Of a stretch of 64,000 bases of DNA, positions 36,904 through 45,887 are shown one piece after another. Position 1 is the stretch's first letter. The number at the start of each line of letters is the position of its first letter. Origin of the DNA: an uncultured Pseudomonadales bacterium (GTDB lineage: Bacteria; Patescibacteriota; Microgenomatia; UBA1400; MFAQ01); contig CAZENT010000001.1 of assembly GCA_964513845.1 (NCBI GenBank), forward strand, positions 42,450 to 106,449, read 5' to 3'. Below the pieces are notes generated by a model. That model did not search any database and had not been told where the DNA came from. It worked only from the letters and a program-made list of their open reading frames with translations. Position numbers and translations under genes: made by a program.

Positions 36904-37338
36904 TTATTTATCGATTTTTTTGTTAAGTCCAAGCTCGGTGGCGTATGGATGTTTGTCACCAGCAAAGATTTTAAGACGACGTTGTCTGTCTTGTTGATGC
37001 TTGTTTTTGGGAAGCATGCCTTTGACAGATTTTTCAATGACCTTACGAGAGTCTTTGGCTAGAAGCTGAGCGAGAGAGATATCTTTTAGACCACCTGGGA
37101 AACCAGAGTGAGAGTAATAGATTTTGTCGGTGAGCTTTTTGCCGGTAACTTTGATTTTGTCGGAGTTTATAGCAACAACGTAGTCACCGTTATCAAGATG
37201 GGCACCGGTAAGTGCTTTTCCTTTTCCCATAAGAAGCTTGGCTATCTCAGAAGAAACTCTGCCGAGAACCTGACCATCAAGATCGATTAAATGCCAGTTT
37301 CTTTTGACGTCTGCTGGTTTAAGTGTAGTTGTTTTCAT
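36904..37338 (-). CDS. rplM: 50S ribosomal protein L13
   Basis: KPADVKRNWHLIDLDGQVLGR is the L13 N-terminal signature. Confidence 0.9.
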   Translation of the reverse strand: MKTTTLKPADVKRNWHLIDLDGQVLGRVSSEIAKLLMGKGKALTGAHLDNGDYVVAINSDKIKVTGKKLTDKIYYSHSGFPGGLKDISLAQLLAKDSRKVIEKSVKGMLPKNKHQQDRQRRLKIFAGDKHPYATELGLNKKIDK

Positions 37339-37343
37339 AGGAT

Positions 37344-37781
37344 TTACTTGGCTTTTTTAGTTTCTTTAACTGGAGCAACTTTAGCTTTTTTCTCAACCAC
37401 TTTCTTCTCAACTACCGGGGGCATAGCCATAAGGCTAAGAGTGGCAATTGAAGTAGCATCACCTTTTTGAACGGAGACTTTTTGAATAGTGGTGAAACCA
37501 CTTTTGCGTCCTCCCATGACTGGAATAATGGCGTCGATTAGGCGATTGGCGGATTTGGGTGAGCCAAGGGTGGCAGCAACATTTCTGCGAGAAGCAAGAG
37601 TGCCATCGGTGGCTTTGGCAGCAAGTTTATCAAACAAACGCTTGATGACTTTGGCTTTTGTGACTGTGGTAGTTAGCTTGCCGTACTCGATAAGTGAGCG
37701 GAGCTGAACCCTAAAAAGGGATTTGCGTGAGTTTGAGTCACGATTAAGCTTTGGAAGTTTTGATTGATGTCTGCGTCCCAT
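37344..37781 (-). CDS. rplQ: 50S ribosomal protein L17
   Basis: MGRRHQSKLPKLNRDSNSRKSLFR is the L17 signature, downstream of rpoA. Confidence 0.9.
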   Translation of the reverse strand: MGRRHQSKLPKLNRDSNSRKSLFRVQLRSLIEYGKLTTTVTKAKVIKRLFDKLAAKATDGTLASRRNVAATLGSPKSANRLIDAIIPVMGGRKSGFTTIQKVSVQKGDATSIATLSLMAMPPVVEKKVVEKKAKVAPVKETKKAK

Positions 37782-37783
37782 AT

Positions 37784-38686
37784 TTATTCAATGGTAATGC
37801 CCTTCTCACTAGCCTTTTCGATTACCTGCATGGCAGATTTTTCTCCAAGGTTTTTGACTTTTTTAAGGTCAGCGAGAGAGAGAGCTTTAAGGTCTGATAA
37901 CTTGTTTATGTCGGCTTTTTTTAGAGCGTTAAGAACGCGTGTGGGAAGATCTAAGTCATCAACGAAACCGGCGGTTTCGATTACGGACTTGGATTTTACT
38001 TCCTGAATGTAGGCTTCGGATGAGTTGACGTAGTCAAAGAATCCAGTGACGATACGAGCGGCACTTTTAACGGCCTCTTCGGGAGAAATAGTGCCATTGG
38101 TAACGACAACTAAACGAACCTTGTCATAGTTACTGGAACGTCCGACACGAGCGGCTTCGATAGTGTAGTTGGCTTTGACTACAGGAGAGAAAGATGAGTC
38201 TAGAGGAATAACTCCAATTTCGTCGGTGGCGTTTTCTTCAGCAGAAACATAACCCATACCTTTGGCGACAGTAACAGTAGCCGAAAGCTTGGCTTTGGCT
38301 GAAGTAAGGTGACAAAGAATGGTGTCTGGATTGGCGAGAGTGACGTTTGAAGGAAGATCTAGGTCAGAAGCTTTGACAACTGAGGATCCAGAGGCTTTGA
38401 GCTTGATTTCAACTGGCTCATCAGAGTCTACAGCGAAGTTTAAGGTTTTTAGATTAAGAATTAACTCAAGAACATCTTCTTTCATACCAGCAATGGTAGA
38501 AAATTGATGAGTAACACCATCAATCTTGACACGAGTGGCGGCTCCACCCTCAAGAGAGGTTAAGAGAACACGACGAAGTGCATTACCAAGGGTGTGACCA
38601 AAGTTCTGTGGAAGTGGTTCGATAATTACTTCGGCGGAATTAACAGCGACGTCTTTGACGGAAACTTTGAAATTAGGTTCTAACAT
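37784..38686 (-). CDS. rpoA: DNA-directed RNA polymerase subunit alpha
   Basis: 300 aa. The N-terminal domain has EPL..GFGHTLGNALRR. Position between rpsD and rplQ. Confidence 0.9.
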   Translation of the reverse strand: MLEPNFKVSVKDVAVNSAEVIIEPLPQNFGHTLGNALRRVLLTSLEGGAATRVKIDGVTHQFSTIAGMKEDVLELILNLKTLNFAVDSDEPVEIKLKASGSSVVKASDLDLPSNVTLANPDTILCHLTSAKAKLSATVTVAKGMGYVSAEENATDEIGVIPLDSSFSPVVKANYTIEAARVGRSSNYDKVRLVVVTNGTISPEEAVKSAARIVTGFFDYVNSSEAYIQEVKSKSVIETAGFVDDLDLPTRVLNALKKADINKLSDLKALSLADLKKVKNLGEKSAMQVIEKASEKGITIE

Positions 38687-38713
38687 TTTCTTTTGTTTTA
38701 ATTGCTAAAATAA

Positions 38714-39337
38714 TTACCTTGAGTAGTACTCGATAATAAGATTTTCCTTGATATCACTGCCGATTTCTTCACGGGTTGGATAACGATCGATTTTTCCCTC
38801 AGCGCCTTTTTTGGATAACCATTTGGCGGGAACACTCTTCTCGGTAAGATTTGGAGAAACGAAAGTGAACTTGGTGGCTTTTTCGGAAAGCTTGATGGTT
38901 TGACCAGGTTTGGTGATAAAGGAGGCAATATCGACTTTTTTGCCGTCTACTGAAACGTTGCCGTGGGTCACTAATTGGCGAGCTAAAGATCTGGAAGTGA
39001 CAAAGTTTAGTCGGAAAACGATGTTGTCTAAACGAGATTCAAGTTGCTGCATTAGAACTTCACCGGTGTTTTGAGAGGATTTGAGGGCGGTTTCGTAGTA
39101 ACCATGGAATTGACTCTCAAGAACGCCGTATGAACGCTTGGCTTTTTGCTTCTCACGAAGTTGAATGCCGTAACCAGAAATGCGACCATGAGATCTTTTT
39201 TTACCATGTTGGCCTGGGATCTGGGCGCCTGTTTTTTCAATAGGACATTTGGGTGAGAAACAGCGTTCTCCTTTGAGATAAAGCTTAACGCCTTCGCGGC
39301 GGCAGAGTCTGCATTTGGGGTCGATATATTTAGCCAT
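38714..39337 (-). CDS. rpsD: 30S ribosomal protein S4
   Basis: MAKYIDPKCRLCRREGVKLYLKGERCFSPKC zinc-type S4 N-terminus. Confidence 0.9.
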   Translation of the reverse strand: MAKYIDPKCRLCRREGVKLYLKGERCFSPKCPIEKTGAQIPGQHGKKRSHGRISGYGIQLREKQKAKRSYGVLESQFHGYYETALKSSQNTGEVLMQQLESRLDNIVFRLNFVTSRSLARQLVTHGNVSVDGKKVDIASFITKPGQTIKLSEKATKFTFVSPNLTEKSVPAKWLSKKGAEGKIDRYPTREEIGSDIKENLIIEYYSR

Positions 39338-39358
39338 GTTTTGTTTTTTATTTATTTA

Positions 39359-39802
39359 TTAGACTCTTCTAGTTTTCTTGGGGCGACAGCCGTTGTGGGG
39401 AATGGGAGTGGTGTCGGCAAGTACATTAATTTCAATTCCAGAGGTCTTGAGAACACGAAGGGCGGCATCTTTGCCCGGACCAGGTCCTTTTAGAAAAACA
39501 TCGACTGAGGTTAAACCTAAGGATTTGGCTTTTCTGGTGCCTTCTTCAATAATGGTGGTGGCGGCGAAGGGGGTAGATCGTTTGGCACCTTTGAAACCAC
39601 AAGTTCCGGCGGCACTCCAACAAATGACATCACCGTTCATGTTGGTGAAGGAAACGTAAGTAGTGTTGAAGGTAGACTTAACGTACATCTTTCCCTGACC
39701 ACTTTTGAAGTGAACAGCTTGAGCCTTTTTACCTTTGACAGCCACCTTGGCGACTGGTTCTGTAACGACTGTTTCGATGGATTTTATTTCTTTTTCTGGC
39801 AT
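39359..39802 (-). CDS. rpsK: 30S ribosomal protein S11
   Basis: S11 core (...GTCGFKG.KRSTPFAA...), with an N-terminal extension. Confidence 0.9.
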   Translation of the reverse strand: MPEKEIKSIETVVTEPVAKVAVKGKKAQAVHFKSGQGKMYVKSTFNTTYVSFTNMNGDVICWSAAGTCGFKGAKRSTPFAATTIIEEGTRKAKSLGLTSVDVFLKGPGPGKDAALRVLKTSGIEINVLADTTPIPHNGCRPKKTRRV

Positions 39803-39811
39803 TTTATTAGA

Positions 39812-40219
39812 TTATTTTTTGGCGGCAGCTGATGTTTCTACTTTGGTGGCAGCTTCTTTGGAGATGGCACCGATGGTCTTTCTCTTTCCTTTACGGGTAC
39901 GAGCGTTGGTTTTGGTTCTTTGACCACGAACGGGAAGTCCCATGGAGTGTCGGGAACCGCGATAGGATTGAATACGTTTGAGAGTTTCGATGTTGTCGCG
40001 ATTGATTTTTCTGAGCTCACCCTCTGTAGGGATGGTTTCAATGGCCGCTTGAATACTTTTAAACTCGTCTGAGGTTAAATTTTTGGTACGAATACTAGGA
40101 TCTACTTTAGCAATCTTAAGAATATCTTTGGCGACTTTGTCACCGATGCCGAAGATATGTGTTAAGGCTATGTCAATTCTTTTTTCGTTTGGGATGTCGA
40201 TACCGGCTATTCTAGGCAT
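39812..40219 (-). CDS. rpsM: 30S ribosomal protein S13
   Basis: MPRIAGIDIPNEKRIDIALTHIFGIG is the S13 N-terminus. Confidence 0.9.
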   Translation of the reverse strand: MPRIAGIDIPNEKRIDIALTHIFGIGDKVAKDILKIAKVDPSIRTKNLTSDEFKSIQAAIETIPTEGELRKINRDNIETLKRIQSYRGSRHSMGLPVRGQRTKTNARTRKGKRKTIGAISKEAATKVETSAAAKK

Positions 40220-40235
40220 GTTTTTATATGTTTAA

Positions 40236-40349
40236 TTAACCCTGGCGTTGTTTATGGCGAGGGGTGGTGCAAATAATGAACACCTTACCGTGGCGTTTAA
40301 TAATTTTGCAGTTTTTGCATCTGGGTCGGACTGACGATTGAACGCGCAT
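40236..40349 (-). CDS. rpmJ: 50S ribosomal protein L36 (absent from the ORF track)
   Basis: Manual translation gives [37 protein letters not shown] (C4 zinc type), between infA and rpsM. Confidence 0.85.
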   Translation of the reverse strand: MRVQSSVRPRCKNCKIIKRHGKVFIICTTPRHKQRQG

Positions 40350-40415
40350 GCGTGTTTAAGTTTAAATTTAGTAATAAGTTTACGTATTATAAAGCAAACA
40401 GAAAGAAAATGAAGG

Positions 40416-40634
40416 TCAACCTTGCCTGTAGGTGATTCTGCCTTTGTCGGTGTCGTATGGGCTCATTTCGAGCTTAACTTTGTCACCGGGCATAACACGA
40501 ATGCGATATAGACGCATTTTACCTGCAAGATGAGCCAAGATTTCTCTGCCGTCTTCGAGAGTCACCCGAAATTGTGTGTTGGGTAAAGCCTCGGAAACGA
40601 CTCCGTTTACCTCAGTCATCTGGTTTTTAGCCAT
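40416..40634 (-). CDS. infA: Translation initiation factor IF-1
   Basis: 72 aa S1-like OB fold ([31 protein letters not shown]). Confidence 0.9.
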   Translation of the reverse strand: MAKNQMTEVNGVVSEALPNTQFRVTLEDGREILAHLAGKMRLYRIRVMPGDKVKLEMSPYDTDKGRITYRQG

Positions 40635-40679
40635 ATTTTGTTGTACGAGCGTTATTTTAACAGATAATAATAAAAAGCG

Positions 40680-41426
40680 CTAGTCAAGATCGTGCTTGAT
40701 TGCCGTGAGAATGAGGGGGCCGTCTTTGGTGATGTATACAGTTTCTTCAAAATAGCCGGTAATGGATTTGTCTTGAGTGGATAAAGTCCAGCCATCTCTG
40801 TCTTCGACCAAGTGCCAGTCGCCCATAGTGTACATCGCTTCGACAGCAATAGTTTGATCTTCCGAAAGAATGTCCCTTTTGTTGTGTTTGTCCGCAAAGC
40901 AAGGAATCCAAGGGTCCATGTGGAGTTTACGGCCAATTCCATGGCCTGTGAGGTCACGAACCACATTAAATCCGTCTCCTTCGATGTTTTGTTGCATAGT
41001 CTGGCCAATATCGAAAACGGAGTTTCCAGGGAGGGCTACGGCAATGGCAGCCTTGAGAGCTTTTTGGCCGGTTTCCAGGAATTTGGAGATCTTTTCGTCT
41101 ATGGGAGGAATTTGAACCGTAACGGCAGTGTCGAGATGATAACCGTTGTGGAAAAGACCCATGTCAATTTTGACAACATCTCCTGACTTAAAAGGTATCG
41201 AGTTAGGAATACCATGAACCATGCCTTCATTGATATTGATACAAGTGGCATGATGATAGCCGGGCTCCATCTTGAAACTGGCTTTGTCGCCACCCTCTTT
41301 GATGAGTCGGTCTGCAAGATTTTCAATATCAAGAGGAGTAACACCAGCCTTGACAGCAGCAACCAGCTGGCCTTTGATCCAGCCAAGTCGGGCACCGCCT
41401 TCGGTCATTGCTTGAAGTTTTGTCAT
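40680..41426 (-). CDS. map: Methionine aminopeptidase type I
   Basis: Metal ligands are in context (D..D...H...E...E). HGIP and HGIGRKLH motifs are present. Confidence 0.85.
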   Translation of the reverse strand: MTKLQAMTEGGARLGWIKGQLVAAVKAGVTPLDIENLADRLIKEGGDKASFKMEPGYHHATCININEGMVHGIPNSIPFKSGDVVKIDMGLFHNGYHLDTAVTVQIPPIDEKISKFLETGQKALKAAIAVALPGNSVFDIGQTMQQNIEGDGFNVVRDLTGHGIGRKLHMDPWIPCFADKHNKRDILSEDQTIAVEAMYTMGDWHLVEDRDGWTLSTQDKSITGYFEETVYITKDGPLILTAIKHDLD

Positions 41427-41432
41427 ACTGGG

Positions 41433-41999
41433 CTATTTTACGCCTGAATTGAGCCGAGTGCAGATTTCTTGAAAAATGGTGTCGATGTCGGGACGGCCAT
41501 CAATTTCAAGAAGCTTGCCCTGAGAACGGTAATGTTCTATAATCGGAATCGTTTTTTGGGTGTATGTATCGAGCCTTTCTTTGATTGCTTCGGGTGTGTC
41601 GTCGGTGCGACCTTCGAGAACTGCACGTTTAGCCAGCCTCTCTAAACTAACTTCTCGAGGAATATCCAAGAGAATTACTTTATCTATGTTCGTTTTTAAT
41701 TCCTTAAGAAAGTAGTCAAGATACTCTGCTTGACTGATTTCCCTGGGGGTGCCGTCTATTATGAAACCGGTTCGGGAATTTCTAAGGGCTGGCTCAAGTA
41801 CATCGAGAACTGTCTCGAAAGGCATAAGTTCACCCGATTGGAGAATTTTAGCGATGATTTTGCCCTTGGGAGATCCACTCTCAGCTTCCGCACGAAGCAA
41901 AGCCCCGCTAGATATATGAGTGAGATTATATTTTTCTGCCAATAATTTGGCTTGAGTACCTTTTCCAGATCCTTGGGGACCTAAAATAATTAAATTCAT
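41433..41999 (-). CDS. adk: Adenylate kinase
   Basis: P-loop ILGPQGSGKGTQA and LID region. Confidence 0.9.
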   Translation of the reverse strand: MNLIILGPQGSGKGTQAKLLAEKYNLTHISSGALLRAEAESGSPKGKIIAKILQSGELMPFETVLDVLEPALRNSRTGFIIDGTPREISQAEYLDYFLKELKTNIDKVILLDIPREVSLERLAKRAVLEGRTDDTPEAIKERLDTYTQKTIPIIEHYRSQGKLLEIDGRPDIDTIFQEICTRLNSGVK

Positions 42000-42025
42000 A
42001 GCTTTATTCTATATCAGTATTGTGT

Positions 42026-42059
42026 GAGATTGCCGCGTCACTTCGTTCCTCGCAATGAC
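42026..42059 (+). repeat. Short palindromic repeat element, family B, copy 3 (adk-secY intergenic)
   Basis: GAGATTGCCGCGTCACTTCGTTCCTCGCAATGAC. Confidence 0.75.
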
Positions 42060-42064
42060 GATAT

Positions 42065-43351
42065 TTAATCCAAGAACTTGTCGTAACTATACATGTAGAG
42101 CTGAGAGTTGATGGTTTTGAGAATTTCCAGAACTACGGAAACGACGATCAACACACTGGTTCCACCGATGGCTAGAGAAGCAATGCCGGTGAAGCCGGAC
42201 ATAATCGAGGGAAGAATGGCAACTAGCCCTAAGAAACTGGCACCAACGAGGGTAATACGACCCAAGACAAAGTTTAGATAGTTGACCGTATCGGGACCCG
42301 GCCTAATACCGGGGATAAACGATCCAGATGAGCGAAGATCTTTAGCAATTTTTTCGGGATTAAAAACGACGGCGGTGTAAAAGTAAGAGAAAGCCACAAC
42401 CAAAACAAAGTAGAGGACATTATAAAGAACTGAGCTGGGAGCGAGCCAAGTACTTAACGTGGTGGCAAAACCGGCAAGAGTAGGCTGATTAACGCCAGCC
42501 AGAACTCGACTCAGCATACTAGGAATGAGCATAAAAGAAACAGCAAAGATGATTGGGATGACACCGGCCTGATTTAAACGAAGAGGTAGATGACTGCTGG
42601 CAACCGCACTGTAGGAGGCTCCCCCGCCACGTCTGGCTGACTGGATGGGAATTTCGCGAATAGCCTCACCAACTCTGACAATGGCATAAATGGCGGCGAC
42701 GACAAAAAATAAGAAGATTAAGTAGGTAAATATCTTGGATTGATCCATGGTGGTAATGGTTTGGATGATGTTGATAGGAATACGAGTGACGATACCAACA
42801 AAAATGATAAGACTAATGCCGTTGCCTAAACCATAATCGTTTAGCTGCTCACCAAGCCAGATAAGAAGTGAGGTACCGGCGGCGAGAGTAAAGACGATGG
42901 AAGCTAGCTGTAAGGGATCGGCCGTGGTAGTGAGGCCTTGTTTTTGAAGAAGGAAAATAAGGGCAATGCCTTGTAGGAAACAAAGAGGAATGGTAAGAAG
43001 GCGGGTGTATTGATTGATCTTTTGGCGACCATAATCCCCTTCTTTTTGGAGAGCTTCGAGCTTGGGAATAACCATACCGAGCATTTGGAAAATAATGGAG
43101 GCGTTGATGTAGGGGTTTAAACCAAGAGCCATAATGGAAAAGTTTCCCAAGGTACCGCCGGAAAAAACATCGAGAAGAGAAAGAAAGGCTGAGGAATTGA
43201 ACATTTCCTTAAGAGCGGAAAGGTTGATACCCGGAGCCGGGACATGAGCAACTAGACGGAAAATGGCAATAACAACAGCAGTAAAAATCAAACGCTTGCG
43301 AAGTTCTTTGATTTTCAACAAGGCGCGCAGAGGGGCTAATAAATTATTCAT
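42065..43351 (-). CDS. secY: Preprotein translocase subunit SecY
   Basis: 428 aa, 10 TM helices, with conserved SecY motifs (GGTSVLI, RPG...YL). Confidence 0.9.
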   Translation of the reverse strand: MNNLLAPLRALLKIKELRKRLIFTAVVIAIFRLVAHVPAPGINLSALKEMFNSSAFLSLLDVFSGGTLGNFSIMALGLNPYINASIIFQMLGMVIPKLEALQKEGDYGRQKINQYTRLLTIPLCFLQGIALIFLLQKQGLTTTADPLQLASIVFTLAAGTSLLIWLGEQLNDYGLGNGISLIIFVGIVTRIPINIIQTITTMDQSKIFTYLIFLFFVVAAIYAIVRVGEAIREIPIQSARRGGGASYSAVASSHLPLRLNQAGVIPIIFAVSFMLIPSMLSRVLAGVNQPTLAGFATTLSTWLAPSSVLYNVLYFVLVVAFSYFYTAVVFNPEKIAKDLRSSGSFIPGIRPGPDTVNYLNFVLGRITLVGASFLGLVAILPSIMSGFTGIASLAIGGTSVLIVVSVVLEILKTINSQLYMYSYDKFLD

Positions 43352-43356
43352 TGGTT

Positions 43357-43869
43357 TTATTTTAGCAGGTTAGGAGAAGCGATTAAGGCTATATTGTAAA
43401 CGAAAAATGTTGGAGTTTGTTCAAGAATAATGCCGGCTTTCCGACAGGTGGCAAAAAGATTCACACCCATAGCCTCTGGGTTAAATATCACTTCGCCTAA
43501 AATATCTTGGCGATTGGGTAACTCCTCCTCAAGAAAATGGTGGAGCTCGCTTCTGGTGTGACCCTGCCAGTGACGAGGATTTCTAAGTGCTCTGTCTGTC
43601 CAGTCGGGGTGCTTTTCTCTTTTTTGGGCAAGATATTCGGCAAAATTGAAACGTACTGCAGCAATGTAGACCTCTTGGGAATATACATCAGGAAAATAGG
43701 GAATGTGGGGAGGGCAACCCTCTTTGTAGTTCCAGTTTGGACAGCCTTTGGGATGGGCGGGGTAAGGGTCAAGACAGTGAGCTTTGATGCGAGGATCACA
43801 GACGACCTCGACCGGACCTGAGAAAAACTTTTCTCGCTCAATGAATTTTATTTCGCCTTCGACAGTCAT
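43357..43869 (-). CDS. Hypothetical Cys/His-rich protein (170 aa) immediately upstream of secY
   Basis: ATG at 43869 (MTVEGEIKF...) just after a terminator. Contains HCLDPYPAHPKGCPNWNYKEGCPPH. Lies 5 nt from the secY start. Confidence 0.5.
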   Translation of the reverse strand: MTVEGEIKFIEREKFFSGPVEVVCDPRIKAHCLDPYPAHPKGCPNWNYKEGCPPHIPYFPDVYSQEVYIAAVRFNFAEYLAQKREKHPDWTDRALRNPRHWQGHTRSELHHFLEEELPNRQDILGEVIFNPEAMGVNLFATCRKAGIILEQTPTFFVYNIALIASPNLLK

Positions 43870-43895
43870 AGTTAAGGATTTTACACCAAGAAAAA

Positions 43896-43919
43896 ACCCA
43901 CCCGGTGAGGGGTGGGTTG
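43896..43919 (-). terminator. Rho-independent terminator (minus strand) ending the rplO-side two-gene unit
   Basis: Minus strand reads aacccaccc-ctcacc-gggtgggtt followed by TTTTTT. Confidence 0.6.
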
Positions 43920-43931
43920 TTAACAAAGAAA

Positions 43932-44405
43932 TTATTCTTCGCGTTTGAAACCAGTAACTTCGCCGACAGCATCGGTTATTACTTGAAATGGAGGAAGTGG
44001 CTCTCCACCTGGGACCATGATCATTTCGCCAAATGCTTCTATAAAGAAAGATGTGGCGGGCATGTCCAGAAAAGTCAGATCAAAATCTTTTCCCAAGCTA
44101 TGCATCATAAGAAAATGATGGATGGCCTTGGCAATGGCCTCTTTGGTTGTGGCATCACGTTCTTCTTTGCCAAACCAGCTTACTGTCCCGTGGATATTAG
44201 GACACGAGGCTGTATATCCATTATCTTGAAGAAGATAATATCTCTCTGTAGAGAGATGTACTTCCACATCAGAGTCACGGCAGTTTGCAGCTTTCGCAAC
44301 TGCTTGCTTGAGTTTTACAACCAGTTTGGGGTTGAAAAACTGAATTCTTCCTTCATGAAAAACCTTAAATGACTCCGGGAAATTTACTAAGAAAATGCAG
44401 GGCAT
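43932..44405 (-). CDS. Hypothetical protein (157 aa) beginning Met-Pro; possible tautomerase-superfamily-like fold
   Basis: MPCIFLVNF...VEVHL, with a second beta-alpha-beta-like half. Pro1 directly after Met is a tautomerase hallmark, but the assignment is weak. Confidence 0.45.
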   Translation of the reverse strand: MPCIFLVNFPESFKVFHEGRIQFFNPKLVVKLKQAVAKAANCRDSDVEVHLSTERYYLLQDNGYTASCPNIHGTVSWFGKEERDATTKEAIAKAIHHFLMMHSLGKDFDLTFLDMPATSFFIEAFGEMIMVPGGEPLPPFQVITDAVGEVTGFKREE

Positions 44406-44437
44406 TTTTACTCCTTTGTGAATGAATTAAGAAATAT

Positions 44438-44788
44438 CTAGTTCTCAATCTCGTCGAGTAGCGACAATATCCTTTTGGCATTTGAGGTGTCGATGAGAAC
44501 AACCAAGAACCCACTGATTTCATCGATCCGGATATTTCCATTACCCCATGAAACAACATAGCGATTAGCTATGGTAGTAATGATCAAGCTTTCACGACCA
44601 ACTTCCTTGTCGATCAGTAAGTTTAAATGAGTTCTTAACGCTGCAATTTCTTCGCCTGGAAACTTGAAAAGGAGATTCCCCTTTAAATCATAAAAATACA
44701 AATCGGGAAACCAAAAATCATATTTTGAAGTATCCTTCACTACCAGGGCAAACCCCCTGGCTAACCCAACACGTTTTGAAATAATCAT
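44438..44788 (-). CDS. Hypothetical protein (116 aa)
   Basis: ATG at 44788 is preceded by AAGGAGTGA SD and a TATACT -10-like box. No known motif; possibly roadblock/LC7-like. Confidence 0.45.
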   Translation of the reverse strand: MIISKRVGLARGFALVVKDTSKYDFWFPDLYFYDLKGNLLFKFPGEEIAALRTHLNLLIDKEVGRESLIITTIANRYVVSWGNGNIRIDEISGFLVVLIDTSNAKRILSLLDEIEN

Positions 44789-44844
44789 TTCACTCCTTAT
44801 ATTTTTGAAAGTTCGAGATGCCTATAGTATACCATAACAAGTCT

Positions 44845-44870
44845 AAAAAGCCCCAAATAGGGGCCTTTTT
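44845..44870 (-). terminator. Rho-independent terminator immediately downstream of rplO
   Basis: Minus strand reads aggcccc-tattt-ggggct followed by TTTTTAG. Confidence 0.6.
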
Positions 44871-44890
44871 GCGTAGGATGTAATAAATGT

Positions 44891-45343
44891 TTACTTGTTG
44901 ATGAAGGAGTATTTACCGCCGGCTTTTTCGATGGCTTTAATGGCTCCAGCTGAGGCTAAAACATTGATGTCTAGAGCTTTTTCAAGTTTACCTGTGGCAA
45001 TGATCTTGAATCCTCGTTTGGCTTCTTTGTCACTAATTTTGAGAGTTTTTACAAGAGCGGCAGTATCGACGACAGCTTTGTCTTCGAAGTAGCTCGTGAG
45101 AATATCAAAGTTAACGGTGATTGGCTGAAGATTGATTACTTGGAATCTGTGCTTACCTTTTATGAAAGGGGTACGACGAACAATTGGAAGCTGACCACCT
45201 TCGAACCACAATGGGATGACTCCGCGGGTCTTTTGACCTTTTTGTCCACGACCGACGGTGTGACCACCAACTCCGGAACCGAAGCCACGACCTAGGCGTT
45301 TTTTACCTGTTTTGACTGATTTGGGTAGATTAGATAAGTTCAT
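44891..45343 (-). CDS. rplO: 50S ribosomal protein L15
   Basis: GRGFGSGVGGHTVGRGQKGQKTR is the L15 signature. Confidence 0.9.
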   Translation of the reverse strand: MNLSNLPKSVKTGKKRLGRGFGSGVGGHTVGRGQKGQKTRGVIPLWFEGGQLPIVRRTPFIKGKHRFQVINLQPITVNFDILTSYFEDKAVVDTAALVKTLKISDKEAKRGFKIIATGKLEKALDINVLASAGAIKAIEKAGGKYSFINK

Positions 45344-45348
45344 AGGAT

Positions 45349-45882
45349 TTAGGCTTTTACTTTAATCTCTTTTAAGAGTTTGTATTTTTTGGCGAGAGCT
45401 TCGACCTGCTTGAGGGCTTTGAAAGTAGCTCTGGCATTGGTGGTTTTATTGTTTGAGCCAAGAGCTTTACAGACAATGTCGGTAACACCAGCAGCTTCAA
45501 CAACGGCTCGAATGGAAGAACCAGCAATAATACCAGTACCCTTGGGAGCTGGGCGGAAAAGAACCTTGGAGGCGCCGAACTTGGAAATGGTTTCGTAAGG
45601 GATGGTGCCATTGACCAAGGGAACCTGAACGAGGTCACGATTACTAAGACGAATAGCTTTTTTGATAGCGTCGGCAACGTTTGGGGCTTTGGCGAGGCCA
45701 AGACCAACTTTTCCCTTTTTGTCACCGGTAACGACTAGAGCAGAGAAAGAAACGTTGGAGCCACCTTGTGTCTTTTTACTAACACGGCGAATTTGAAGAA
45801 CTTGTTCGAAACCATCGGATTGAGGACGATCATCACGACGAGGGCCACGATTGGAGTTGTTTTGATTATTTTGAGGATTCAT
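45349..45882 (-). CDS. rpsE: 30S ribosomal protein S5
   Basis: S5 dsRBD plus C-terminal domain. Directly abuts rplO, with no rpmD between them. Confidence 0.9.
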   Translation of the reverse strand: MNPQNNQNNSNRGPRRDDRPQSDGFEQVLQIRRVSKKTQGGSNVSFSALVVTGDKKGKVGLGLAKAPNVADAIKKAIRLSNRDLVQVPLVNGTIPYETISKFGASKVLFRPAPKGTGIIAGSSIRAVVEAAGVTDIVCKALGSNNKTTNARATFKALKQVEALAKKYKLLKEIKVKA

Positions 45883-45887
45883 ATGAT

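Noticed and set aside
43905-44372. Plus-strand 155-aa ORF
   Set aside because: It is antisense to the 157-aa Met-Pro gene. It starts inside the terminator hairpin and is not supported.
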